A stretch of DNA of 64,000 nucleotides from Candidatus Parcubacteria bacterium. Lineage in GTDB: Bacteria; Patescibacteriota; Patescibacteriia; Patescibacteriales; UBA12465. The stretch spans positions 397,337 to 461,336 of the forward strand of contig AP029158.1 in NCBI GenBank assembly GCA_037076615.1, given 5' to 3'. Each line of letters begins with the position of its first letter. Position 1 is the stretch's first letter. The translations under genes and the position numbers were made by a program. Below are positions 47,065 to 55,599 of the stretch, piece by piece. Under the pieces are notes generated by a model that was given only the letters and a program-made list of their open reading frames with translations, had not been told where the DNA came from and searched no databases.

Positions 47065-48177
47065 TTAATTAGCGCTACTCTGACCAGCGCTAAAGCGAAG
47101 ATAAGCTTCCATAAAAGGTTTTAGCTCACCATCAAAAACAGCATTTACATCGCTAGTACTATAATTACTCCGATGGTCTTTAACCATTTGATAGGGTTGC
47201 AAAACATAAGAACGAATTTGCCGCCCCCAAGAAGCGGTCACGACACCGCCTTTAATATCTTCTAACTCTTCTGCTCGTTCCGAAATACTTAACTGATGCA
47301 GCTTGGCTTGTAAAATACCGAGAGCGGTGGCTTTGTTTTGGTGCTGCGAGCGTTCGTTCTGACAGGCGACGACCAGGCCAGTCGGCAGATGCGTAATCCG
47401 AACTGCGGACTCAGTCTTGTTAACATTTTGACCACCGGGACCACTGGCTCGAAACAAATCAATTTTTAAATCTTCATCCTTAAGGGGCGGTAAAATTTCG
47501 GTCGGTAATTCTGGAGTTACTTCCACTAAGGCAAAAGAAGTCTGCCGTAAAGATTCGCCATCAAAAGGAGAAATCCGCACAAGCCGATGAACGCCATATT
47601 CGCACCGCAGATAACCATAGACATAAGGGCCGCTAACTTTATACAAAGCGCTTTTTATTCCGGCCTCATTAGCCAGTAAGCGATCCACTAACTCCACCTT
47701 AAAACCAGCGGTTTCGCAAAAACGTAAATACATTCGCTCCAACATCAAGGCAAAATCTTGCGCATCAACCCCGCCGGTGCCGGCATGAATAGAAATATAG
47801 GCATCAGCCTCATCATAAGGACCGGACAGTAGAGAATAAAATTCCAAGCCTTGATAAGTTTTTTCCAGGCTGGTCACTTTTTTTTCTAACCCTTTCCGCA
47901 GCTCCATTTGAATTTCTTCAAGCGCCACTAAATTGGCAAATTCAATATTCTCCTGTAAATCTTGGGCTAAATCTTCAAAGGGTTTAATTTGTTTTTGTAA
48001 TTTTTCTAAGGCCTGCCCCACTTTAACCGCCTGCCCTTGGTCTTGCCAAAAATCCGGCGCAGCTTGCTGAGCTTGCAGTTTAGCAACTTCTTCTTTTTTG
48101 GCTGCCAAATTCAATAGGCGCGCCAAGGATTGGGTTTTAACTTGCAAGTCTTCTAGTTGCGCTAACAGATTATTCAT
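47065..48177 (-). CDS. prfB: Peptide chain release factor 2
   Basis: SPF tripeptide (RISPFDGE) and GGQ motif (GPGGQNVNKTESAVRITHLPTG). The ORF is continuous, with no programmed frameshift. Confidence 0.95.
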   Translation of the reverse strand: MNNLLAQLEDLQVKTQSLARLLNLAAKKEEVAKLQAQQAAPDFWQDQGQAVKVGQALEKLQKQIKPFEDLAQDLQENIEFANLVALEEIQMELRKGLEKKVTSLEKTYQGLEFYSLLSGPYDEADAYISIHAGTGGVDAQDFALMLERMYLRFCETAGFKVELVDRLLANEAGIKSALYKVSGPYVYGYLRCEYGVHRLVRISPFDGESLRQTSFALVEVTPELPTEILPPLKDEDLKIDLFRASGPGGQNVNKTESAVRITHLPTGLVVACQNERSQHQNKATALGILQAKLHQLSISERAEELEDIKGGVVTASWGRQIRSYVLQPYQMVKDHRSNYSTSDVNAVFDGELKPFMEAYLRFSAGQSSAN

Positions 48178-48202
48178 AAGTGAATTATAACATAAAGAGC
48201 TA

Positions 48203-48230
48203 AGAAAAAACCTCCAGCCGGAGGTTTTTA
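48203..48230. terminator. Intrinsic terminator between rpsI and prfB (AACCTCC-agcc-GGAGGTT)
   Basis: 7-bp stem flanked by an A-run and a T-run. Confidence 0.6.
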
Positions 48231-48243
48231 GAAGGATTGCAAA

Positions 48244-48738
48244 TTAACGTTTGCTCCACTGTGGACGCTTACGAGCTTTTTTAAGACCCGGCTTCTTTCT
48301 TTCTTTTGCCCGCTTATCGCGAGTCAAAAAGTTATCAGTCTTTAAAGCGGTGTGGGTTTCTGGATCAAGCGCCAAAATCGCCCGGGCAACGCCGTGACGA
48401 ACAGCGGCCACCTGACCGATCGGACCGCCACCTTTAACGATTACGGAAACAGCGACATCCTTAGTGTGACCAGTAGTCTCTAAAGGTTGCAAAGCGGAAG
48501 CAGCCAAATCAGTGCCAAAATAATCTTTAATGTTTTTACCATTAACGACCGCTTCGGTAGCCGGCATTTCCGTATACAGACGAACTTGGGCGACAGCGGT
48601 TTTGCGGCGACCTAAACCTTTAAAATACTTGCCGGAAAATACGGTCGGAGTGGTCTCAACTTTTTTGGCAGTCTTCTTTTCCACCACCTTCGCGGCAGTA
48701 GTCTTAGTTTTTGGAGCTACGGTTTTTTTATCGGACAT
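48244..48738 (-). CDS. rpsI: 30S ribosomal protein S9 with a ~35-aa basic N-terminal extension
   Basis: GLGRRKTAVAQVRLY ... GGGPIGQVAAVRHGVARAIL ... ends in KR. Confidence 0.95.
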   Translation of the reverse strand: MSDKKTVAPKTKTTAAKVVEKKTAKKVETTPTVFSGKYFKGLGRRKTAVAQVRLYTEMPATEAVVNGKNIKDYFGTDLAASALQPLETTGHTKDVAVSVIVKGGGPIGQVAAVRHGVARAILALDPETHTALKTDNFLTRDKRAKERKKPGLKKARKRPQWSKR

Positions 48739-48764
48739 AAAATTATAATACTTTGATAGAGTAA

Positions 48765-49121
48765 TTATTTGATGATTAAACGCTTCATCATGCCATCACG
48801 CAAGCGGGTATCAGGTAACATTTGTTTAACGGCACGCTGTAAAACTTCGCCCGGATCCTTAGCAAAAACTTCAGACAGTTTACGGGTTTTTAAGCCGCCA
48901 ATGTAGCCAGTAACCGAAAAATAATTTTTTTGTTCAAATTTACGGCCGGTAAATTTAACTTTATCAGCATTCACGACTTCGACAATATCACCAAGGTCCA
49001 AGTGTGGTTGGTACTCGGGCTTATTTTTACCGCGCAATAAAATCGCAATTTCACTCGCCAGACGGCCCACGGCTTGCCCGGAAGCATCTAAACGATGAAC
49101 TTTTCTTTCAATATTTTTCAT
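48765..49121 (-). CDS. rplM: 50S ribosomal protein L13
   Basis: 118 aa with the conserved RLASEIAILLRGKNKPEY segment. Confidence 0.9.
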   Translation of the reverse strand: MKNIERKVHRLDASGQAVGRLASEIAILLRGKNKPEYQPHLDLGDIVEVVNADKVKFTGRKFEQKNYFSVTGYIGGLKTRKLSEVFAKDPGEVLQRAVKQMLPDTRLRDGMMKRLIIK

Positions 49122-49138
49122 AAAATATAAACAGTTTA

Positions 49139-49492
49139 TTACTGAACTAATTCTAATTGAACCATTTCCGCACCATCACCTTGGCGATTGCCTAATTTAG
49201 TTATTCTCGTATAACCACCAGCACGCTCGGCGTATCGCGGCGCTAATACTTCCAAAGCCTTTAAAACGGCTTTTTCATGAAGCAAAAAAGAAGCGAGATT
49301 GCGGCGAGCAGTTAAATCTTGAGCTTTAGAAGCGGTAATCATCTTTTCAACCAAAGGACGAACAGCGACCGCTTTCGCTTTAGTGGTTTGCACCTTTTCG
49401 TACATAATTAAGCTGGAAGCAAGGTTGCGCAACATTAACTGACGCGGTCCGCGTTTACGATCTAAAATTTTATTCTTATTACGGTGTCTCAT
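49139..49492 (-). CDS. rplQ: 50S ribosomal protein L17
   Basis: MRHRNKNKILDRKRGPRQLMLRNLASSLI N-terminus. Confidence 0.95.
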   Translation of the reverse strand: MRHRNKNKILDRKRGPRQLMLRNLASSLIMYEKVQTTKAKAVAVRPLVEKMITASKAQDLTARRNLASFLLHEKAVLKALEVLAPRYAERAGGYTRITKLGNRQGDGAEMVQLELVQ

Positions 49493-49518
49493 ACTTTTAG
49501 AAACAACTTATCTTTAAG

Positions 49519-50343
49519 TTATTTTTTCTTAGTTTTCTTAGGAGCGGCACTCTTTTTTTCAGTCACCGGCTCAACTTCTTCCTCCACCACCTCAGTTACT
49601 ACTGAGTCATCTTCTTCAAGAGCAGGTTCTTCTTTCGGGGCTTCGTCGGAAGGCTCTTCTTTAGCGATTAGGGAGGAAAACTGATCAACTAAAATTTGCA
49701 CGGATTGCTCAAATGCTTCTTGAGGCGTAATGGTTTTATCCGTCTTAATATTTAAAATTAGTTTATCCCAGTTAGTCATTTTTCCAACCCGAGCGTCTTC
49801 AACATCAATACTAACCGATAAGACTGGCGAAAAAATGGAATCGATTTCAATATAACCGATTTCGTTATCGCGCTTACCACCCTCAGACATCTTATAACCG
49901 CGACCTTCTTTAACAAAAATCTCCATCTCTAAACTAGCATTATCCTCAGTTAACTCAGCTAACAATAAGTCTGGGTTAACAACAACAATATTAGTATCCT
50001 TAGTAATATCAGCAGCCGTAACCTTTCCTTTGCCTTTTGCTTTTAAAATCAGTGTCCCCTCTTCTTCATCGCCAATCAGTTTAAGGCACAATTGCTTGAG
50101 ATTTAAAATAATTTCTAAAATATCTTCTTTAACCCCCGGCAAGGCCATGAATTCGTGGCTAACACCTTTAATTTTAACACCAATGACGGCGGCGCCCGGT
50201 AAAGAGGAAAGTAAAACGCGACGTAAAGGATTACCAAGGGTCATGCCGTATCCGGAGTATAACGGTTCAATAATAATCTGCCCCTCACCGGCGTCTTCGC
50301 CCGCTTTAAATTCTATCTTTTTAGGTAAAGCGATTTTTTGCAT
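49519..50343 (-). CDS. rpoA: DNA-directed RNA polymerase alpha subunit: N-terminal (dimerisation/assembly) domain plus an acidic tail, with no recognisable C-terminal DNA-binding domain
   Basis: 274 aa. The N-terminal domain motifs are present (GYGMTLGNPLRRVLLSSLPGAAV). The sequence ends in an E/P/K-rich tail (…EEEVEPVTEKKSAAPKKTKKK). rplQ starts 26 nt downstream, leaving no room for a split CTD gene. Confidence 0.85.
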   Translation of the reverse strand: MQKIALPKKIEFKAGEDAGEGQIIIEPLYSGYGMTLGNPLRRVLLSSLPGAAVIGVKIKGVSHEFMALPGVKEDILEIILNLKQLCLKLIGDEEEGTLILKAKGKGKVTAADITKDTNIVVVNPDLLLAELTEDNASLEMEIFVKEGRGYKMSEGGKRDNEIGYIEIDSIFSPVLSVSIDVEDARVGKMTNWDKLILNIKTDKTITPQEAFEQSVQILVDQFSSLIAKEEPSDEAPKEEPALEEDDSVVTEVVEEEVEPVTEKKSAAPKKTKKK

Positions 50344-50399
50344 AGATGCTTGAGGCCGCAGTCAAACCGCTAAACAGCGGATCTCCTGACGACACTAAA

Positions 50400-51032
50400 T
50401 TATTTAGAATAATACTCAATAATAACCTGAACATTGAAATTAGCCGGTAAATCAGTATCGGCCGGTTCGTGTAGAACCTTCGCTGTTTTCTCAGCCTCAT
50501 TCCAATTTAACCAACTCGGACGTGAATCAACTTTACGCTCAAGCGCTTTTTTGAAAAAAGCATTTTTTAAGCTGCGCTCACGGATAGAAATCACATCCCC
50601 CTCCTTAACTTGGTAAGAAGGAATATCCACTTTTTTTCCATTAACTAATAAGTGGCCATGACCAACAATTTGGCGAGCTTCAAAACGAGAGACGGCAAAG
50701 CCTAAACGATAAACGGTATTATCCAAGCGCATCTCTAACATTTTTAAGAAATTCTTACCGGCATCGCCAGTCTTTTTCTTCGCCCGATCAAAAGTAATTC
50801 GGAATTGCTTTTCCATTACATTGTAATAGCGGCGCACTTTCTGTTTTTCGGCCAGCTGCTGTCCATAGTCGGATAAACGACGAGGACGCTTAGTGTTAGC
50901 GCCGTGAAATCCAGGTGGGGTCGCGCGCTTAACCATTGCGCATTTAGGAGATGAGCAGCGTTCGCCTTTTAAGAAAAGCTTCTCGCCAGCGCGACGGCAT
51001 TGTTTGCATTGAGCATCAAGGTTTGTAGCCAT
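50400..51032 (-). CDS. rpsD: 30S ribosomal protein S4
   Basis: N-terminal zinc-finger-like CKQCRRAGEKLFLKGERCSSPKC and an S4 RNA-binding domain. Confidence 0.95.
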   Translation of the reverse strand: MATNLDAQCKQCRRAGEKLFLKGERCSSPKCAMVKRATPPGFHGANTKRPRRLSDYGQQLAEKQKVRRYYNVMEKQFRITFDRAKKKTGDAGKNFLKMLEMRLDNTVYRLGFAVSRFEARQIVGHGHLLVNGKKVDIPSYQVKEGDVISIRERSLKNAFFKKALERKVDSRPSWLNWNEAEKTAKVLHEPADTDLPANFNVQVIIEYYSK

Positions 51033-51056
51033 ATTAAATCAAGATCATTTTAATTA

Positions 51057-51680
51057 TTAAACGCGACGCGGCTTTTTCGGACGGCAACCATTATGCGGTA
51101 CCGGCGTCGTATCTTTAATTGCGGTGACATTTAAGCCATTAGCATTTAAGGCGCGAATCGCGGACTCGCGACCGGTGCCCACACCGGAAACAAAGACGGA
51201 CACTTCTTCTAAACCGTATTCTTCTTTCGCTTTTTGACAAGCAATTTTTGTAATAATTGAAGCGGCGTAAGGAGTTGCTTTTTTAGCACCCTTAAACCCG
51301 GCCACCCCCGCGCTCGCCCAGGAAATAACATTACCGTTCGCATCAGTTAAAGAAACCATGGTGTTGTTGTAAGTGGCATTGATATAAGCGCGGCCCACCT
51401 TAACCGAATCAACTGTACTCTTCTTTCTGCGCTTTTTAATCAATTTTTTCTTCGCTCGAGCCTGCTTATTTTTTTCCAGTTTCTGCTTAATTTCTTCCGG
51501 CAACTCTTCCGAGCCGCTATCCATAGAAAAATTAGAAGAAAATTCTTCCTTTTCCTCTTTATCGGTTAAAATCGCGTCTTCCTCTTCAGTGATCGGAGTG
51601 GCGCTGATATCTTTTTCCTCTTCTGCCGCTGCCTCATTATCGGCAGCTTTTGTGTTTTTTTCGTCAGACATAATTAACAA
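51057..51680 (-). CDS. rpsK: 30S ribosomal protein S11 with a ~80-aa acidic N-terminal extension
   Basis: The C-terminal 125 aa is canonical uS11 ([18 protein letters not shown] ... [11 protein letters not shown]). Confidence 0.95.
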   Translation of the reverse strand: MLIMSDEKNTKAADNEAAAEEEKDISATPITEEEDAILTDKEEKEEFSSNFSMDSGSEELPEEIKQKLEKNKQARAKKKLIKKRRKKSTVDSVKVGRAYINATYNNTMVSLTDANGNVISWASAGVAGFKGAKKATPYAASIITKIACQKAKEEYGLEEVSVFVSGVGTGRESAIRALNANGLNVTAIKDTTPVPHNGCRPKKPRRV

Positions 51681-51712
51681 TGTTTTTCTTTAAAAAGGAG
51701 ATAATTTAAAGT

Positions 51713-52105
51713 TTAGGTCTTAAGGCCAGCCTTAACTTTTCCAGAAACGGCAGTCATGCGCTTATTCCCGCGCACGGTTCGACTATTAGTCTTGGTTCTC
51801 TGCCCTCGCAGTGGCAAGTGCTTAGCATGGCGGCTGCCCCGATAAGAATTAATTTCTTTTAAACGCTTGATATTGCTTTGGGTTTCGCGACGTAAATCGC
51901 CTTCAACGACAAACTTTTTTTCCACCCGTTCGCGTAAATCATTAACTTGATCTTCAGTTAACTCATTTGCTCTTAACTCCGGATCAACCTTAGCGTCTGC
52001 TAAAATATTTTGGGCGCGCGTGTCGCCAATACCGTAAATATAAGTTAAAGATATTCTAATCTTTTTTTCCATGGGAATGTTTACCCCTGCGATTCTAATA
52101 GCCAT
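51713..52105 (-). CDS. rpsM: 30S ribosomal protein S13
   Basis: [12 protein letters not shown]-terminus and a Lys/Arg-rich C-terminus. Confidence 0.95.
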   Translation of the reverse strand: MAIRIAGVNIPMEKKIRISLTYIYGIGDTRAQNILADAKVDPELRANELTEDQVNDLRERVEKKFVVEGDLRRETQSNIKRLKEINSYRGSRHAKHLPLRGQRTKTNSRTVRGNKRMTAVSGKVKAGLKT

Positions 52106-52144
52106 AAAATAATAAAAAAAAATTTCTAAGCGCTACTTAAGCGT

Positions 52145-52258
52145 TTAGCCTTGTCTCTGTTTATGTTTAGGGTTTTTACAGATAACATGAACCCGGCCAT
52201 CTCGACGGACAACCTTGCAGTCTTTGCAGATTTTTTTGGCACTTGCTCTCACTTTCAT
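52145..52258 (-). CDS. rpmJ: 50S ribosomal protein L36 (absent from the ORF track because it is shorter than 60 aa)
   Basis: Hand translation gives [37 protein letters not shown] (37 aa) with a C..C...C....H zinc ribbon, in the canonical infA-rpmJ-rpsM position. Confidence 0.9.
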   Translation of the reverse strand: MKVRASAKKICKDCKVVRRDGRVHVICKNPKHKQRQG

Positions 52259-52282
52259 ATATCTTTTTGATGTTTTTAAAAT

Positions 52283-52498
52283 CTAGAGTCGGTAGACGAT
52301 TCGTCCTTTAGTTAAGTCATAAGGACTAATTTGAACCCTAACCTTGTCACCCGGCAACAAACGAATGCGGTGCATTCGCATCTTTCCGGACAAGTGGGCT
52401 AAGATTTCGTGACCATTTTCCAACAGCACCTTAAAAGTCGCTGCCGGCATTAATTCCTCCACCTCGCCTTGCAGCTCAATAAAGTCCTTGGCATTCAT
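52283..52498 (-). CDS. infA: Translation initiation factor IF-1
   Basis: [71 protein letters not shown] aligns along the full length of IF-1. The track ORF extends 15 codons upstream to 52543. Confidence 0.9.
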   Translation of the reverse strand: MNAKDFIELQGEVEELMPAATFKVLLENGHEILAHLSGKMRMHRIRLLPGDKVRVQISPYDLTKGRIVYRL

Positions 52499-52629
52499 GG
52501 TCTCGGCCCCGATCTGAGATTTATCTTTGGTACGTTTTGACATTAAGACAAAAAAAATTTGATTAGACTGATGTCAGCCTCATCAATTCTTCATATTAAC
52601 TTATTTATTTGACAGGTTAATATGGACTT

Positions 52630-52658
52630 ATTATAGAGATAAGTTCTGTTCTTGTCAA
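52630..52658 (-). promoter_or_regulatory. Consensus sigma-70 promoter TTGACA-N17-TATAAT upstream of the infA-rpmJ-rpsM-rpsK-rpsD-rpoA-rplQ operon
   Basis: Read on the minus strand: -35 at 52658-52653 and -10 at 52635-52630, both perfect hexamers with a 17-nt spacer. Confidence 0.6.
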
Positions 52659-52701
52659 TAGAAAATATTTTTTGGGAAATAATAAACGAAAAATACTAAT
52701 T

Positions 52702-54552
52702 TTACTCTAAAATTGCTTTAATTCGGCGCACCCCCGCACTGGAGGATTCTTCTTTAATAATTCTAAAGTGACCCAATTCTTTAGTATTATCAACATGAGG
52801 GCCGCCACAAATTTCTTTAGAAAAATCAGTGACTTGATAAACCCGCACCTTCTCATTATATTTGGAATCGAAAACTCCCATCGCTCCCTGCTCTCGCGCT
52901 TCTTCTAAGGTCATCTCTGAATAAGTAACCGGTAACTCTTGAACAATGGCCTGGTTAACCAGTTCCTCAACCTTAGCAATCTCCTCCGGAGTCATCTTAA
53001 CCGAATGGGAAAAATCAAAGCGCAAACGCTCCGCCGTAATATTACTCCCTTTTTGGAAGACCTCCGGACCTAAAACACGCCGTAAAGATTCAAGGAGTAA
53101 ATGGGCGGCCGTATGCAAACGAGTTGTAGCCTCACTACTGTCGGCCAAACCGCCTTTAAACTTACCGGCCGAAGCGGTACGAGATAATTCTTGATGCTTA
53201 GCAAACTCGGCCGCAAAACCAGCCTGATCAACTTTTAAGCCCTTCTCGGCCGCCAACTCTTCAGTAATTTCTAAAGGAAAACCATAGCTTTGGTAAAGAT
53301 TAAAAGCCGTCTCTCCAGAAATTTCTTTAGTTTTTATTTTATTAAACTCTACTAGACCTTTTTCTAAAGTGCGCTTAAACTTCGCTTCCTCTTGATTAAG
53401 TGTTTCTTTAATGAAATCTTGATTGCGCCGCAATTCCGGATAAACATCACCGTAGTAAGAAATCACCTCAGCGGCGAGTAAAGCCAACCAATCATCTTCA
53501 GTAATATTTAATTGGCGACCATAACGAATCGCTCGTCTCAGTAAACGTCTCACGATATAACCTTGGTCGGTGTTAGCCGGGACGAGACCGCGATCATCAC
53601 CAACAATAAAAGTCGCCGCTTTAACATGGTCGGCAATAATTTCAAAAGCTTTAGCATTATCACCAGCCTGGTAGTCCAATCCGGAAAGCGTACTGATTTT
53701 AGCAATAATTGACGCAAATAAATCGGTTTCAAAAACACTGTCGTGACCGCTAACCACCATCGCTAAGCGTTCCAAGCCGCCACCAAAATCCACATTTTTA
53801 TGAGCCAATTCTTCCCAACCGGTTTTAGTTTGGCGATATTGCATAAAGACCGAATTGCCAATCTCTAAGAAACGACCACAATCGCAATTGGGGTGACAGG
53901 AAGGACCAAAGGCGGAATCATGAGGGCGACCGGTATCATAAAAAGTTTCACTATCGGGACCGCCTAGCTCACCAACGGCATCGCCGCGGCGCCAAAAATT
54001 CTTATCGCGGTAAGCAAAAATTCTTTGTTTAGAAAAATCTAATTCTACTCCCGGACCATCTTCACCGCGCCCTAAAGTATCAGGACCGAGCTCGGCCTCA
54101 ACATTAAAACGCGCAAAAACCTCCTGAAGAATTGCGACTGACTCCTGATCGCGTGGAATCTGACCATCAGCACTACCAACATAAACAGTTTGATAAAGAC
54201 GCTTGGGATCAAGGTGCAGTTCGGTAATTAAAAAATCAAACCACCAGTTTAACTGCTCTTTTTTAAAATAATCACCCAAAGACCAATTGCCTAACATCTC
54301 AAAAAAAGTATTGTGGCGATGATCGCCAACCTCATTAATATCTTCACTGCGAAAACATTTCTGGCTATTGGTTAAGCGCGGGCCGGCCGGATGAGGGGCC
54401 CCCGCTAAATAAGAAACCAGCGGAAACATGCCCGAATTGGTAAAGAGTAAAGTGGAATCATTTTCCGGCAACAAAGACGCGCTCGGTAAAACGGTGTGGC
54501 CGTGAGCGCTAAAAAAATCTAAATATTTTTGGCGAATATAGTTAGCTGTCAT
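52702..54552 (-). CDS. alaS: Alanine--tRNA ligase, compact form (catalytic, tRNA-recognition and editing domains; no C-terminal C-Ala domain)
   Basis: 616 aa. The N-terminal aminoacylation domain (FTNSGMFPL ... WSLGDYFK) and the editing-domain HxxxH ... CGGPH motifs are present. Confidence 0.9.
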   Translation of the reverse strand: MTANYIRQKYLDFFSAHGHTVLPSASLLPENDSTLLFTNSGMFPLVSYLAGAPHPAGPRLTNSQKCFRSEDINEVGDHRHNTFFEMLGNWSLGDYFKKEQLNWWFDFLITELHLDPKRLYQTVYVGSADGQIPRDQESVAILQEVFARFNVEAELGPDTLGRGEDGPGVELDFSKQRIFAYRDKNFWRRGDAVGELGGPDSETFYDTGRPHDSAFGPSCHPNCDCGRFLEIGNSVFMQYRQTKTGWEELAHKNVDFGGGLERLAMVVSGHDSVFETDLFASIIAKISTLSGLDYQAGDNAKAFEIIADHVKAATFIVGDDRGLVPANTDQGYIVRRLLRRAIRYGRQLNITEDDWLALLAAEVISYYGDVYPELRRNQDFIKETLNQEEAKFKRTLEKGLVEFNKIKTKEISGETAFNLYQSYGFPLEITEELAAEKGLKVDQAGFAAEFAKHQELSRTASAGKFKGGLADSSEATTRLHTAAHLLLESLRRVLGPEVFQKGSNITAERLRFDFSHSVKMTPEEIAKVEELVNQAIVQELPVTYSEMTLEEAREQGAMGVFDSKYNEKVRVYQVTDFSKEICGGPHVDNTKELGHFRIIKEESSSAGVRRIKAILE

Positions 54553-54558
54553 AAAAAA

Positions 54559-55599
54559 TTATTTCTTAGGGAGCGGAGGGATAATATTAACTTCTGGCTC
54601 TAAGGTCAAGCCGAAACGATTCTGAACTCCTTTTATTACTCGTTTTACCTGTGTCAAAACTTGAGCGGCGCTAGCCCCGCCGTAATTTACTAAAATTAAA
54701 GCCTGTTTTTCATACATCCCCACCGCCCCAAAACGCTTTCCCTTAAAACCAGCCTGATCTATTAACCAGCCGGCCGGGATTTTGATGGCGCCAGGCTTGG
54801 AGCCGGAGAAATATTTAATTTCCGGCCACCGCTTTTGAATTTTTTTAAATTTGGCGGCGGAAATTTCAGGATTTTTAAAGAAGGAACCAGCATTGGGTAA
54901 AACGGCTGGCGTCGGCAACTTACTGGCGCGCAGCTCGGTGACCGCTCTGGCCACTTGCCGCGCGGTTGGCGTCTTTATTTTTTTCGCTGCCAGAATTTCT
55001 TTAATACCACCGTAATCTAAATTTAACCGTGGTTCTTTGCTTAACTTCACGGTGACACGATAAATAAAATATTTTCCTCTTAAAGATTTCTTAAAGATGC
55101 TATCGCGGTAACCAAACTGACAATTAGCGGCCTTAAAAACTTTAAGTTGCCCCGTTTTTAAATTGATCGCTTCTAAAGAATAAAAAATATCTTTTAACTC
55201 CTGACCGTAAGCACCGATATTTTGTACCGGCGCGGCGCCGACGGTGCCGTAAATAGAGGCGAGATTCTCTAAGCCATACCAATCATGAGAAACGGCAGTG
55301 TCCACAAATTTTTGCCAAGTCTCACCACTGTAAGCGGCAAGCCAAACTGACTTAGCGCTTTCTTTAACAATCTCAGCACCACTAATTTCATTTTTGATGA
55401 CTAGGCCGGGAAAAGGCTGGCTAATTAAGACGTTAGAGCCACCCCCTAAAATAAAGACTTTCTCTTTTTTTTCTTTAGCCCAGGTCAAAGCTTCTTTAAG
55501 ATCTGCTAAGCTTTTTACCACTACAAAGAAACGCGCCGGACCACCAATTTTTAAAGTGGTGTAAGGAGCGAGCGCGACTCGCTGCTGAATTTTAATCAT
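54559..55599 (-). CDS. murB: UDP-N-acetylenolpyruvoylglucosamine reductase
   Basis: 346 aa with an FAD-binding N-terminus (TTLKIGGPARFF ... ILGGGSNVLI). Confidence 0.9.
   Translation of the reverse strand: MIKIQQRVALAPYTTLKIGGPARFFVVVKSLADLKEALTWAKEKKEKVFILGGGSNVLISQPFPGLVIKNEISGAEIVKESAKSVWLAAYSGETWQKFVDTAVSHDWYGLENLASIYGTVGAAPVQNIGAYGQELKDIFYSLEAINLKTGQLKVFKAANCQFGYRDSIFKKSLRGKYFIYRVTVKLSKEPRLNLDYGGIKEILAAKKIKTPTARQVARAVTELRASKLPTPAVLPNAGSFFKNPEISAAKFKKIQKRWPEIKYFSGSKPGAIKIPAGWLIDQAGFKGKRFGAVGMYEKQALILVNYGGASAAQVLTQVKRVIKGVQNRFGLTLEPEVNIIPPLPKK

Noticed and set aside
47065-48177. Expected programmed frameshift site in prfB
   Set aside because: The ORF is continuous from a plausible N-terminus, with no in-frame UGA near codon 25. 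The absence is recorded as a minor finding.
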